Below are positions 48,301 to 59,400 of a stretch of 64,000 nt of DNA, in pieces (the first letter of the stretch is position 1; the number at the start of each line of letters is the position of its first letter). Under the pieces are notes generated by a model. That model did no database searches. It was given only the letters and a program-made list of their open reading frames with translations, and was not told where the DNA came from. The DNA is from Klebsormidium nitens (taxonomy: Eukaryota; Plantae; Klebsormidiophyceae): positions 117,345 to 181,344 of the forward strand of contig DF237010.1 in NCBI GenBank assembly GCA_000708835.1, read 5' to 3'. The position numbers were made by a program, and so were the translations under genes.

Positions 48301-51300
48301 AGTCGCGGTCCAGGTTGTCGATAAGACCCTGCGGAACACAAGCGCGCCGCGGTGAGCGCAAAAAGGAACAGACACTGCCGCTTTGATCCGTTTGAAAATC
48401 AGATTCCAGAGCCCTCACTGAAAGCAGCAAGGATGGTTCCGGCCTGAAGAGGATTGCGCAGACGGGCTTCTTTGCGGTGGTGACTTTCTCAGGTCTCTGT
48501 AAGAGCACTCAAGAGCCACCAAAAGCTTTTGGTCAAAGACAGCGGCTGTAGCTGCCCGTTTTATCAACCTGCAAGTTCGGCAGCCTTCCAGTGACGTTCC
48601 CTAGGTGTCCCTCTTTCACACCGGTCGAATATGCGGCAACAGCGTCCACAACCAAATCCCGCAAACCCTATTGAGCACTTTTTAAACACATGCACATTGC
48701 ACCCATGCACTTCGCCACCCTGTCTGAACACAAAAGCTGAGCCGTCCCAATCATTGCGCGGCCGAAAATCTGCGACTCTCAGAAGTAGAGAGTCTGGTCA
48801 ACCGGCAAATTCTGACGAGACGAACTCACAAGCAGAACAATGTGGCAGACCAACTTGCCTGGTACGCTGAGGGCACGAGGCGGAAGCGCGTGGGGAGGTC
48901 GGAGCGGAAGACGCCGCTCTCGAGGCATTCCACATGGCCGCCAATGTACGTCTCGCTGTCCAGGAGGCTGTTCTTGTAGAAGCGCTCCTTCTCCGACGTG
49001 TGCTTGTTCGGGCATACGATGTTGCCGCGGAACGCCTGCAGTGAAGACTCCCATAGTTTAGGTAGGATAGTTTCTAGGTATGATAGTAACAGTCCCCGGG
49101 GAAAGCATAACTAAAACCTAAACCAACAAATACACCCGTTCCGCACCCGTACCCACCCTAAACCCCAAGCTAACCGCACCCGTTCGCCGGGCCATGACCA
49201 TATCCTACCTAGGACGATCCTACCTAAACTATGGGTCTATCTGCAGGGAGGCTTACTTTAGCATTACGGGCGCTTTAAGGGGTGACTCTCGTGACGCAGG
49301 CAGCGACAGAGTGGAAAGTGAACGACTGCAGTTGACTGGAGGCAGGCCGTCGAACAAGCACCACAGCGCCCTTCTTGGACTGAGAACGGGTTCATCAAAA
49401 ACTTGTAACCCTAACGAAAACCTTCGACTTTTGATGCCTCGGCTCCACTGAAGGGAATAGTCAAACCAGAACATTGAGCAAGCCAAGCCCGATGTCGAAT
49501 CACCGGCAAAGCTTACAGCCCATGTTGTTAACAAAGAAGGGGCAGTGAATATACGGGGGGGCCAGCTTTGGTCGCTTGCCCGAAGCGTGAGCAGCATCTC
49601 GTAGAGCATGCCCAAGCATGAAGCGGTGGAAACAAGAGTAGCGGTGAATTGACTGAAGTAAAATCGGGCAGACCTCGCCCACCTCAACATGAGATGTCTC
49701 TTCACTTTAGCAATTAAGCTCTAGCAACAGTAAGCTCCTGCACTAACACTGAAACCTAACCCAGATTACCCGCTCCGCACCCAAACCCACCCTAACCCCC
49801 AAACTAACCCTACCGGTCTCAGGCTGGTTACCTTACTATTGCTAAAGCTTACTATTGCTAAACGGAAAATTCAACTTCGCAGAGCGTGCCCAAACATGAA
49901 GCGGAAAGAACAAGGGCAGCGGCGACTGGAAGAATGTCAGTTCGAAAACTTCTGAGCTGCTCACCTCGACCATGAGCAAATCGCAGACCGTTCACAAGCA
50001 CGAAGGAAAAGTTTCTGGTGTAGAAAAGCCAGCGCAAACAGTGAGCCGCTCACAATCACCATGAGCAGCACCTCGCAAAGCATACTCAAAGCATGAAGCG
50101 GAAAAGCCTAGAAACGTACTGTCAATAGGTTCGTGAAAGCTTACCTCGACCATGAGGAGCATTTCGCAGAGCGTGCCGGAGCCCTTGCGCAGCACCTCGT
50201 CGGGCGACATGGGGATGACGGTGGCCAGCGAGAAGATGAACGGGTGCACGTACGTCGTGTACAGGTAGTACGTCGCGACGGCGTCGGAAACGGAATACGA
50301 CGCCATCGTCTGGGGGTCCTCCATCGCGAAGCGCACCATGTCCTCGGGGTTCACCTCCAGGGGGTCGTACCCCAGCTTGGCCTTAGTCACAGCCTGGGGG
50401 GGGGAGCGAAAAAAATGGTGAGTTTAGAGTTCTTGGTCTCGCAGTAGGCGAAACGATTCAATAATGAAACGAGCCGTAAATCGCTTGTGGCCGTAGGATG
50501 CTGGATTCTTCCAGACGTTGGGAGGTGATGTGATTACTTCTCTCTAGCACTCTGCATGGTGGCAACTTGTGTTCGCGAACAGTTCATGGTGGTCGCCTCT
50601 CAACAAGCTCCTGACGCGCGTCTCTCAGCTGCATGCTGAACAGCAAAGAGATTTCGCGGATGCGGACCAACTCTGATTCTTTCAATCGATCCAGTGTTGA
50701 CAGATTGCGGTATACGCTGCTTTTCTGGACGAGAAGAGTCCAGTAGATGTAATAAGCGGGGGCTGACCTTGAGGCCCTGGCTCCCCTGCGGGAGGTAGCT
50801 GTCTCGCTTCACCCACGCATATGCGTCCAAGTGAAGCGCAAACTTGGAGCGGCACTCGCCCTGGTTCCCGTCGCACCGGAAGCCAATCTCCTGCAGTTAC
50901 AAGCGTGCCAGCGCTTCGTTTTCCAGGTAACTTTTGCAAGAGCGAAAATGGGGCGGGTTCTGCCGCAACTCCCCGTTTTGAAGGGTTTCTCTCCGCAGCG
51001 AAGGTCGATAGAGAGTGTCTTACAGCTGTCCTAGACGGAAGAGGGTTTCCTAGGGTAGTCACAAACTGATAAGGCGTGCTCCTTAGGCTTCAAAAGGCGC
51101 TTTCTGGAGCGAGTACACAGAAGCCAAGAGGAACATTCTTACGTCGTGCATGCTCATGCCGTGCACGGCGGCGCGCGCCTCGATGAATGGCCAGTCGAAG
51201 AAGTCGCCGTTGTAGGTGACGTAGATCCCGGGCTGCACCCGCCGCATGTGGTCGAACCAGTACCGCAGCAGCCCGCGCTGCATAAACAAACTCCGAAGCT

Positions 51301-54300
51301 CAGCTTTCTGTCGGGTGCAAGACTTATCAGCGGCACCAGAGGCAACTCAAAAGGGACCGTTGAGATCCGAGCCGTTTTGGCGATGCGTCGAAACGTACGT
51401 GCTTAAGTGCAGCGGCGTGAAACCTGCCGCATGTGATCGAATCAGTACCGCAACAGCCCGCGCTGCACAGACAAGCAATCCTGATCACAAAAGTGCTCTG
51501 GCCTTCTTTTGGCTGCACTGTGCTGTTTGTGATCGGGAATCCAACTTCGGCTCCGTTTGGCTGCAGTGCTGTCTGAACACCGAAACGCGCTCCATTTTCC
51601 TTTTCGGCTGCAGCGCTTTGATCGGAAACTTCTGTTACGCCCCATCATCGACGTGGCTTGGGGAGAGTTACACGTGGCTGGCCCTCAGTGAAGCAGAAAG
51701 ACACAGAGAAGACAAAGCAAACACGCATAGCACAGTCTGGACTCTCGGAAAAAGCATTACGTTTACCAGGAACACGGTCTCGCATACCTCATCCGGCTGA
51801 TTGATCACTGTAAAGGGCCCCTCGAACTCGGGCTTGGGTGTGTACTCCAAATCCCGGATGTCAGAGCCAACGGTCTGCACGGTGTAAACCGGCGTCAGTT
51901 GAGATAAACGTTTCCTTCCTAATTGGTCTGCGCATTGTGGGCTCCCATGCCTTTGACATTCAAGTCTACCAGGGTTCAGAAAGAAAAGGAAGCTGCAACG
52001 AACACTGAAGTTGGTGGTGAGACCGCGAGCAAAACATTGCTTGCTTCTTCCCAAGCGCCTTCGAAGCTCGCACTGGAAGTCGGGCCCGTTCGGCCAAACG
52101 CGAATGCATCTGTCGGTCTAAGGATATCGCATGCGGCCACACATACGTAATGTAGAAGCTTCTGTGCGCACGCACTGGCCAAGATTGTCATCACTTTGGA
52201 GGCTGGGAAAGAATATTTGACTTGCTCGTGTGCTTAACGCCGGTACCAGATTGTTTGACAACGACTCGAATCTCCTTCCAAACCGCACAAAGAAGCGCCT
52301 TCACAAAGTTTCGAACTCGCAACAAAAGGCGGAACAAGCAGTTGAGCCACGGGCCGATATTTCAACAAAGCCATCATCGTTCATCACAGAACTCTGTCAA
52401 AATCGCGCCCCACCTCTCGGTTGATGACCAGGTAGCCCTGCCCGTCAATCATGTACGAAATCATCATTACGCTGTCGTACGACGAGTCGGGGAACTTGAG
52501 CGGCAGCTTCGTCGTCTCAATATCGAACGCGCAGATGCGCGGCTCCGCTCTTTGCACCAGGTCCGCCCGCCGCGTCAGCCGCACATGGCCCTCTTCTGCG
52601 CTTACAGTGTACCACTGGCCGGACCGGACGTCTGTATGAGAAGCAAGAAGTCAGGGACACTGGAGTGTATCTTGAAGGGATTGCTGCGGCCAAGGTTTGA
52701 CAACTAACTTTGAGACAAGCTTGCCGTCGTGATCAACCATTTTAAAGGACCTCGGCAAGAAGGACGCATGAAAGCCAGATCAACTCTCAGGCTCCTGCTC
52801 TATCATGTCCAACGTCACAATGCAGGGTGGGTGTCTTCACGCTTTACTTTCTTCTGAAACGAGAGTTTTCGCGAAAATAAGAACAGAAAGTGATATTCTT
52901 CCGACTCGAACTTGAGGCAGCCCAGATCTTCAACTCAATACGTCGGATCTCGCCAGCCACCATGCCAAGATTTCCACCAACTATGGTTCTTCATCTCTCT
53001 TCCATTTGAATCCTGCAGCTGCCATGCCGGGGTGCCACCGACTACTCTTCGTTTTCCGTTTTCAACCTCAGACATATCCAAGTAGCCCTTTAGGACGCGT
53101 TGATCCCCTCAGTTGTCAGACATGTACCCATTTTCCTGCAATCCAAAACCCGAAATGCAAGCCAACGGCACACAGCTCCTCACCATTGTCTATTGCGAAC
53201 CGCACATGGTACGGCACGTCGTACTCGCGCATCTCCAGGATGTGCTCCATGAAGTCCGCCAGTCTAGTTGTCCCGTTGCCCGGCCCATCAACCGCCTGCT
53301 GAAACGTCTCGTACGCCTCTGCCGCCGCCAGCTTGGCTTTGTTCTTGTCAATCACTGGCTGAATGTCCTTTCTGACTTCCATCAGATCTTGAACGTTGTT
53401 GAATGTCAGTTTCAGGAAGGGCCGCCGCAGGCCTGAAAGGTGGTTCTTCTGCAGGACAAGCGGGGGCGATGACCATGTTAGATGAATGCTTATGGGTGTT
53501 GGCCTATCTGGAAGAAAGGATCAAATGTGCGCCCCAGTCACATGGACTCGTCCAGAGGTCGGTCTGCAAGAAGCTCAGGTGCTTTAGTACAGAACAACAG
53601 ACGCCCCGGGGGCGAACTGAAAATACGCTTCTGTCCACCGTAAATGGTGCATAGTTTCGAGAGGTGTGGTCAGCCAGTTAAATGACAACCTTTTCTCACT
53701 GCCGAGAACCTGCACAATAGGAAAGTGCTTTAAATTGTGGGTACCAAATATGGTTAATGGCAGGGGGGGCAAAGACTTTGACCGACTTTTTGTCGTGCTC
53801 ATATGCAGCAAAACCCCGAATGTAATTACTCGCTGGCCGAGTGCCTTTTGAAAGTTGTGATGGACTCAACTTGCACTCTGAAATTGTTTGGCTGCTTCCA
53901 GTATTATCTGCAGCTACTGTAAATAGTGGTGTACAATGCTGTGATCAGTATCAATCTTCTCACCAGGTCGAGGTCCTCTTTCTCCACTCGAACAATGTCC
54001 GCAATCTGGCCCTCATACCGCCGCCGCAGGTACGACTCGACCTCCATCTCCATCTTTTCCTGTATCAAAGCGGCGCCCAGATTTATTGTGTAGGATAGTA
54101 GAGGAAAGGCGTGGTCTTGACGGACATAGTTTGGGAATTTCGTTGAAATTGCCGCAAGCAGATCAGCAGCATGTCAGTAAACTTTATCAGGCCCAACTGC
54201 GAAACAGCAAGAGAGATGCATGGAGAGAATGATGGGGCCTGAGGCGGTTTGCAATATCTGTAGATGCGATCTGGCAGGTGCGTTGAAGCGCGTGCGTTCC

Positions 54301-55245
54301 AGCGTGCAAGATTAGCAGGTTGCATGGGCAGTCGGAGTGCGCTCACCTTTGTACCAAGGTAGAAGTAGGGCGCAAACCGCTGCTGCGCCTTGAATGTAGA
54401 GCCATCCTGCCACAGAAACAGATAGACTTCAGCGATCGGCAAGCGTGATTGGCTCAAAAATGATCAGGGCTTACACGAATCCATGAAATGAGGCTCGATG
54501 AGGCCAGCTCTTTGGGAGCGTCACTCCCTTTGGTGTGCATGATAAAGCAGGCCCACAAATGCCTTTGGTGAATGTGCAGCATGAGGGCTTTTCGTTGCAC
54601 CAAATTACCTGACACATGAAATAGCAGTTGATGGCGCTCATGCTGATTCCCGTCTCCGAGTCTTCCACCGTTGTCTGCACGAAAAGAGGGTTTAGTAACC
54701 AAGCAAGAAACCCCCTCCTGAGAAGCAAGGCAGCCGTGGTTGCATTGAGGTGACCCTCGATGCATGAATGCTGAACGATCAGAGCGATAGAAAGAGGTGG
54801 CAGCAGTCTCAAAACAAGTACCTCTCAGTATGGAGAGGCTCCGCCAGGTGCTTATGCACCCACCTCCTATTGCAGCATTCAACAATGTAATCTTTCATTT
54901 CAATCGATCAGCCTGAAAGAATCCAGAGTGCTGTGGCACGCCAATTTGAACAGCTCTCCCACTCACAGTGCTGAAATTCATGAGCCAGCCCAGCCGTGGC
55001 TCCCCTTCCTTGAATACCGCAAACCCCAACTTGGCCTCCAGCGCATCGTTTTCTGACACCCTCTCTTTGCTGGGGCCCCCTTTGCGGATAAAGTTTCCGT
55101 TTTTGTTGCCCTTCCCGGCCCCCATGTTGCCCTGCCTCTGATAAGCGGTCTGCCCTGATTTGCCGCCATCTCGGCCTCCCCGCCCGCCCTTGAATACATA
55201 GCCCCCGCCCCTCGAAGGAGGGCCCCCTCGCCCCCTGCCGCTCAT
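33362..55245 (-). CDS. POLE: DNA polymerase epsilon catalytic subunit A (~2326 aa, 35 coding exons)
   Basis: Exons 54967-55245, 54609-54674, 54347-54406, 53964-54059, 53184-53448, 52414-52631, 51788-51874, 51143-51277, 50768-50890, 50145-50393, 48859-49035, 48215-48328, 47847-47951, 47389-47520, 46896-47027, 46374-46468, 45889-46074, 45303-45479, 44826-44913, 44071-44391, 43312-43567, 42816-42958, 41287-42467, 40661-40850, 40138-40335, 39182-39370, 38535-38672, 37973-38149, 37122-37259, 36528-36688, 35842-36067, 35360-35533, 34708-34935, 33943-34242, 33362-33538. Exo [10 protein letters not shown], Exo [11 protein letters not shown], Exo [12 protein letters not shown]; Pol motifs [28 protein letters not shown]; P-domain [13 protein letters not shown]; C-terminal CysA/CysB (CSYC..C..C; CRKC..CRC). 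Confidence 0.97.
36978..37013. repeat. Intronic hairpin, 15-bp perfect stem, 6-nt loop
   Basis: cttgttcgcagtctg-tcaccg-cagactgcgaacaag, with outer cgtcg/cgacg pairing (36967-37018). Confidence 0.85.
37218..37660 (-). repeat. Triplicated acceptor plus exon-29 start of POLE (~160-bp period)
   Basis: Exon bases 37218-37259 recur at 37383-37424 (40/42 identical) and, more diverged, at ~37552-37584. Confidence 0.85.
39355..39820 (-). repeat. Tandem array (~140-bp period, 3-4 units) seeded on the POLE exon-26 acceptor
   Basis: cgagcgcctgcacggac at ~39364 and ~39504, ggagcgcctgccggg at ~39647, ccgcctcacggacc at ~39790; the intervening sequence is co-linear (cacaggctttgga..gagggaacaga..ggagcga..ggacgg). 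Confidence 0.88.
48008..48136. repeat. Intronic tandem duplication, 68-bp period x2
   Basis: ttgtattgattaccactgagtcgcatagtccgcgacgatgcaaac at 48008 and ttgtattgattaccactgaatcgcatagtccgcgacgatacaaac at 48076. Confidence 0.9.
49470..50190 (-). repeat. Degenerate ~90-95-bp minisatellite derived from the POLE exon-10 3' end and donor
   Basis: Copies of the [11 protein letters not shown]-coding segment at ~50051-50090, 49965-49990, 49876-49895, 49683-49695 and 49590-49615; shared gcatgaagcgg-like spacer at ~50094, 49897 and 49617. Confidence 0.75.
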
Positions 55246-55667
55246 CTTTACAGGTCAGGTCAATCAAAGCATCCTTGCTTTTGACCTTCCAAATGCTGCA
55301 GAAGCAATGTCTAAGCCAGTTGGCCGTCTGAAGTCAGCAAGATGGAAGCACGAACAGTTGGGATGAGTTCCTTGATCGACAGCGCTCAAGTATGTGTGCC
55401 GCTGTCAATCACTTTAATAAGACGTGTCCCCCACTTTTTTCCGACGAGGTTCAGCAAAAAAGACCGATATTGTCTATGTCGTCCTTGCACTAGGGTGTGC
55501 ATTGGCACCAACAATCTAAAGATCCCATTGGCAATTAGGTGCCTATGAAGGGCGTAGAAAAATCTGCGCTGTCGCCCTGCAATCCTGTCCAGGAGAGTAC
55601 GTTCACGAATGGTGAAGCTCTGGCCGCTGAGGACCAGGCCAGCCTGAGGTGCTCAGTGCTGGCCTCC

Positions 55668-55678
55668 TTCCCGCCAAA
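55668..55678. promoter_or_regulatory. E2F-binding site in the divergent POLE / RING promoter
   Basis: TTCCCGCCAAA (reverse TTTGGCGGGAA) fits the plant E2F consensus WTTSSCSS, ~430 bp upstream of the POLE ATG. E2F control of replication genes is established. Confidence 0.6.
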
Positions 55679-56492
55679 TTTTGTAACAGAACCCTGTGCT
55701 AGCGTGGCAGCTTCTGATTCGCTTTCGCTCGACCAATCGTATGGCCAGTGGCTGGCACCCAGGGCCAATGACAGCTGGGACGAAAACCGCCAAGCCGCAA
55801 GTTCTCTGCATTCTGGCCATCATTGCGCAGCGTGGGTGCTGCTCAATGGCAGGGGCTGTAGCTAGGGCGCCCAGCCAAACAGCCGGCATCCTTCGTGACG
55901 GCTATTGGGGGCAAGTGAAAGGGAGCGCAGCCATCTGCATCGAGAAGGCCAACTCCTTTCGTGGATGCGTTGACTTTTGACAATCCCTGCTGCTACTTGT
56001 AGAGCGATTAGAGCTCAAGGAAAGAAAATTGCCTGACACAAGCAAGAAGTCTGCTTGTTTCTGCATTTGGAAGTAAGCATGCATCTGGCTGGTTACCAAC
56101 CTTATTCAACCTTTGATGACCTGCATACCTACGACAAGTGCTTAGCATCGAGAGATATCTTAGCAGACACTGGTGCTCTGATCATCTATTTCTGATGGCA
56201 GGGTGACTCTAGAAGTACCGCACAGTGCTGAGCCTGAGGCATCCTGGCCTAGGCAAACCGATCTGTCTTTGCTATTCCGCTTTTGAATCTCAAAGCAGGT
56301 CTGAAGCAGGTGCATGAATAAGAGAAGACCCAGGCCAGGATCTGTCAGCTCACGGTAGCTTTACTCTAAAGTCAATCCCCTCGACAGGGTTCAGTGTCCT
56401 GTCTGAAAGGGTCTTGAAAGCCAGCCAGGGGGACGTACATTCTTTCTTGGACAGTCAGGGGGTTGCCTGAACCTTCTTATAGAGAGGGCTCT

Positions 56493-59400
56493 ATGGCAAC
56501 CCTTGGGGACTACATCAGAGATTGTGGCATTCCCGGTGGCAAGCAGGACGAAGAGATGGAGGACAAAGTGCCCAACTGCTCAATTTGCCTGGAACCTGTG
56601 GTCCAGGGCGCGTCGCGCTCAACGGCCCAGCTGGCGTGCAGCCATCACTTCCATCTAGGTGAGATTTCCGGGCCTTATTTTCGGAGAATGTGTAAGAAGA
56701 TTAGGGTTTCCGAAGCAGAGCCCGTGGCGCTGATGCTCAAGAGCAGACTCAGCTTCTTGTGCAGAGTTTTTGTGAGCAGCCCATCTCTGTGTCAGTTGCT
56801 GAGGCACTCATCACTTTCTTGGATCCTGGGAGCTCTCCTTTCAGCTGGACTAGAAGAGCCTGGGGTTAGGAATGTTGGGGTTACTTAGCAAAGATCATGG
56901 TCATGCTATGGAAGGTGGCAGTTTGTTGCCGCCAATTGGTTTGGTAAAAATCAAGTTCCCGATCCAGGGCTGAACTCGAGGGTTTCAATGTTGCCAGACA
57001 CCTTTCTGGCAATCTCAAGGAGCAGGCCAGGATGAAAAGAAAGCTAAAGAAGAGTTTGATCGAGAGACCTTTGAAGCAGAGTGCAAAGGTTACATCTCTT
57101 TCTGACGTTAAGCATCAACAAGCCTGCCAGATGGGCGCGGCGGAAGTAGTGTCATGCTTTTAAGGTTTCCTTTGTCATTCGGCGTCTGATGAGGCAATCC
57201 TTCAATTTTGTCCCTAGCCTTTGCAGGGGCACCATCGTCCGGTTGTAAGGATCGTAATCCTCAGATGTACCTCCAGCTGTTACATTGGCTCAATGTCTGC
57301 TCGCTTTTGGACTCCATGTTAGTTATCAAGAAACCTTTGTTGATGGCCCATCGTTCGGATCCCTCCACCGTCATCCCACTTTAGTCCTGTTGAATGCAGA
57401 AAGTCGATCTGGTTCATTCCAAGATTCACCACCTCTGCGCATGCTTGTGATCTGAAAGAAGGAACATTTTCTTACAGATTGCATCGGGTCTGCCTTCAAT
57501 GCTAAGGGCGCCATGGAGTGCCCAAACTGCCGGCGCGTGGAAGAAGGCAACTGGCTGATGCTGGGGGGGAGCCAGAGCACGGACGATGCAATCTACGACG
57601 TGCCATACGATTTTGACGATGATGAGTACCTGGGCTTGCCGGTCGACGCCCTTGACAACGAAATGCGGGAGGTAGGTTTTCGGAGCGATCTGGGCGTTGG
57701 CTATGTTCCGCTGGACAGGTCTCGGGGTTGTTAAGAACTGGGCGGAAGTTGGCTAAGGTGACGGGTTGCTTGCGACAGACACCCTGGTTTGCCCTACTCA
57801 TCAAGTCGGATCAGGCGAGTATGGAGCTTGTACAGAAGGCAATTGCAGCAAACAAGTCGGACAGCAGCTGTTGCTGATTAATGAGCCCTCTGGTTACACT
57901 TGTCTGCTCTATTGGTTCAAGTCCACTGCGTTTCCACTGGGGTTTGGCCCTGGACGTTGTACTGGCTAAAATTTTCGTATGTTGGCCAATGATACTGCTG
58001 GCAAAACATCTTCCTACTCTGGCCTTGTCTTAAGCGGGTGGCATGGGTTTCTGGTGAGTCGATTTTCAATTTCGACGAGCTTGCTGACCTACTGATTCTG
58101 CCCGCAGTATATGGAGGCCGGTAGGGACGTCAGTTACACGACCCATCCGTACCACCCCCCGGGGGTCATCTGCGAGTTCTGCGAGCAGGTGCGTCTCATC
58201 ACCAGTGGTTCATAGGTCTCCTCGGTTGCCTAACGCTTACAAGCACTTTTATCATGTGATTGCGAGGGGTGCAGACTCAGAACTTTTGTTCTCCGTTACT
58301 TGCCTGGGGGTGAAACTCTCACAATTGTGCAACTGGTGTGTATTTTCTTGAAGTGGCTTCAGTTAGGGTGGACATACGCTGCCAGTGGAGTGTGTCTAGT
58401 CTGTGGCAGCAGGGAAAAACATCTGGTGTGCTTCACATCGGAAACTGATGGATTGGGCGTGCATTGTTGCCATTGGAGCTTGTGAGGAAGCTCCCGATTC
58501 TCAATTGTTGTCCTCTTCCTGCAGCACTACTGCGACGACAACCCGTGCCCCCACATTATCCAGTGCCCCTACTTCTTCAGCAACATCAGCCAAGCGTAAG
58601 TCCTTGGGCCTTTTTCCCGCTCCTGCTCATGCTTTTGCGTTCGTCCAGGACCTTCAGCCTGTCACGTCGTTGCATCTCAATACCGCTGATTGTTGCTCTT
58701 TTTGCAACGTAGCAATTTTTTCCTTGTCTAGGAGTATTCTTGTGATTGTGGTTGTTGACACAGTAGTGCTCCCGTCATTTTGCAGGGGCAATACAGAGAA
58801 CCCGTACAGCTCAAGCGTATCTTCAATGGAAGGTGAGACCGTCACCTCCGACATGCACAATGGTTTGCCTTTCTTTGCTCTCATCGGACATTGACGTTTC
58901 TGAACGAACGAGGCTTTATTCTTCCATTCAAGATGTTTAGAGAAAAGCAGACTGCGATGAACCTCAACATGCTAAGGGTCTGTCGGACAAACATAGGTCG
59001 CTCATCGGATTCAAGTGCAAAAATGGCGCCCAAGGAAAGCGCGGCCACTTTCAAAGGGAGGGCAGGACCCAGCAAAGGTCAAGCAGCTATTGCATTTGTT
59101 GTGAGAAGGCTGTCGACCATAGATGCATTTGCAACTGGGCTGTGGAGAGGTACGTCTCATGCATTTGACTGCCCTCAAGAAGCCCAAACCTATTGCCTTA
59201 ACTGCTCCCCCTTCTTGGTGCAGCGGAAGCATACGCTGAGGCCGTAGCAGAGCTCTACCACGAGTACCGCGGCCCATCTCCGTTCTCCGGCCCCCCCTCC
59301 ACCACGCCCCGTCAGGCCCCCCCCGAAATGCACGCCTCGTCCTCCTCCACCGACTCCAACTACGTCTACTACTTCTCTGCGGCACCAGGCACCTGGCAGG

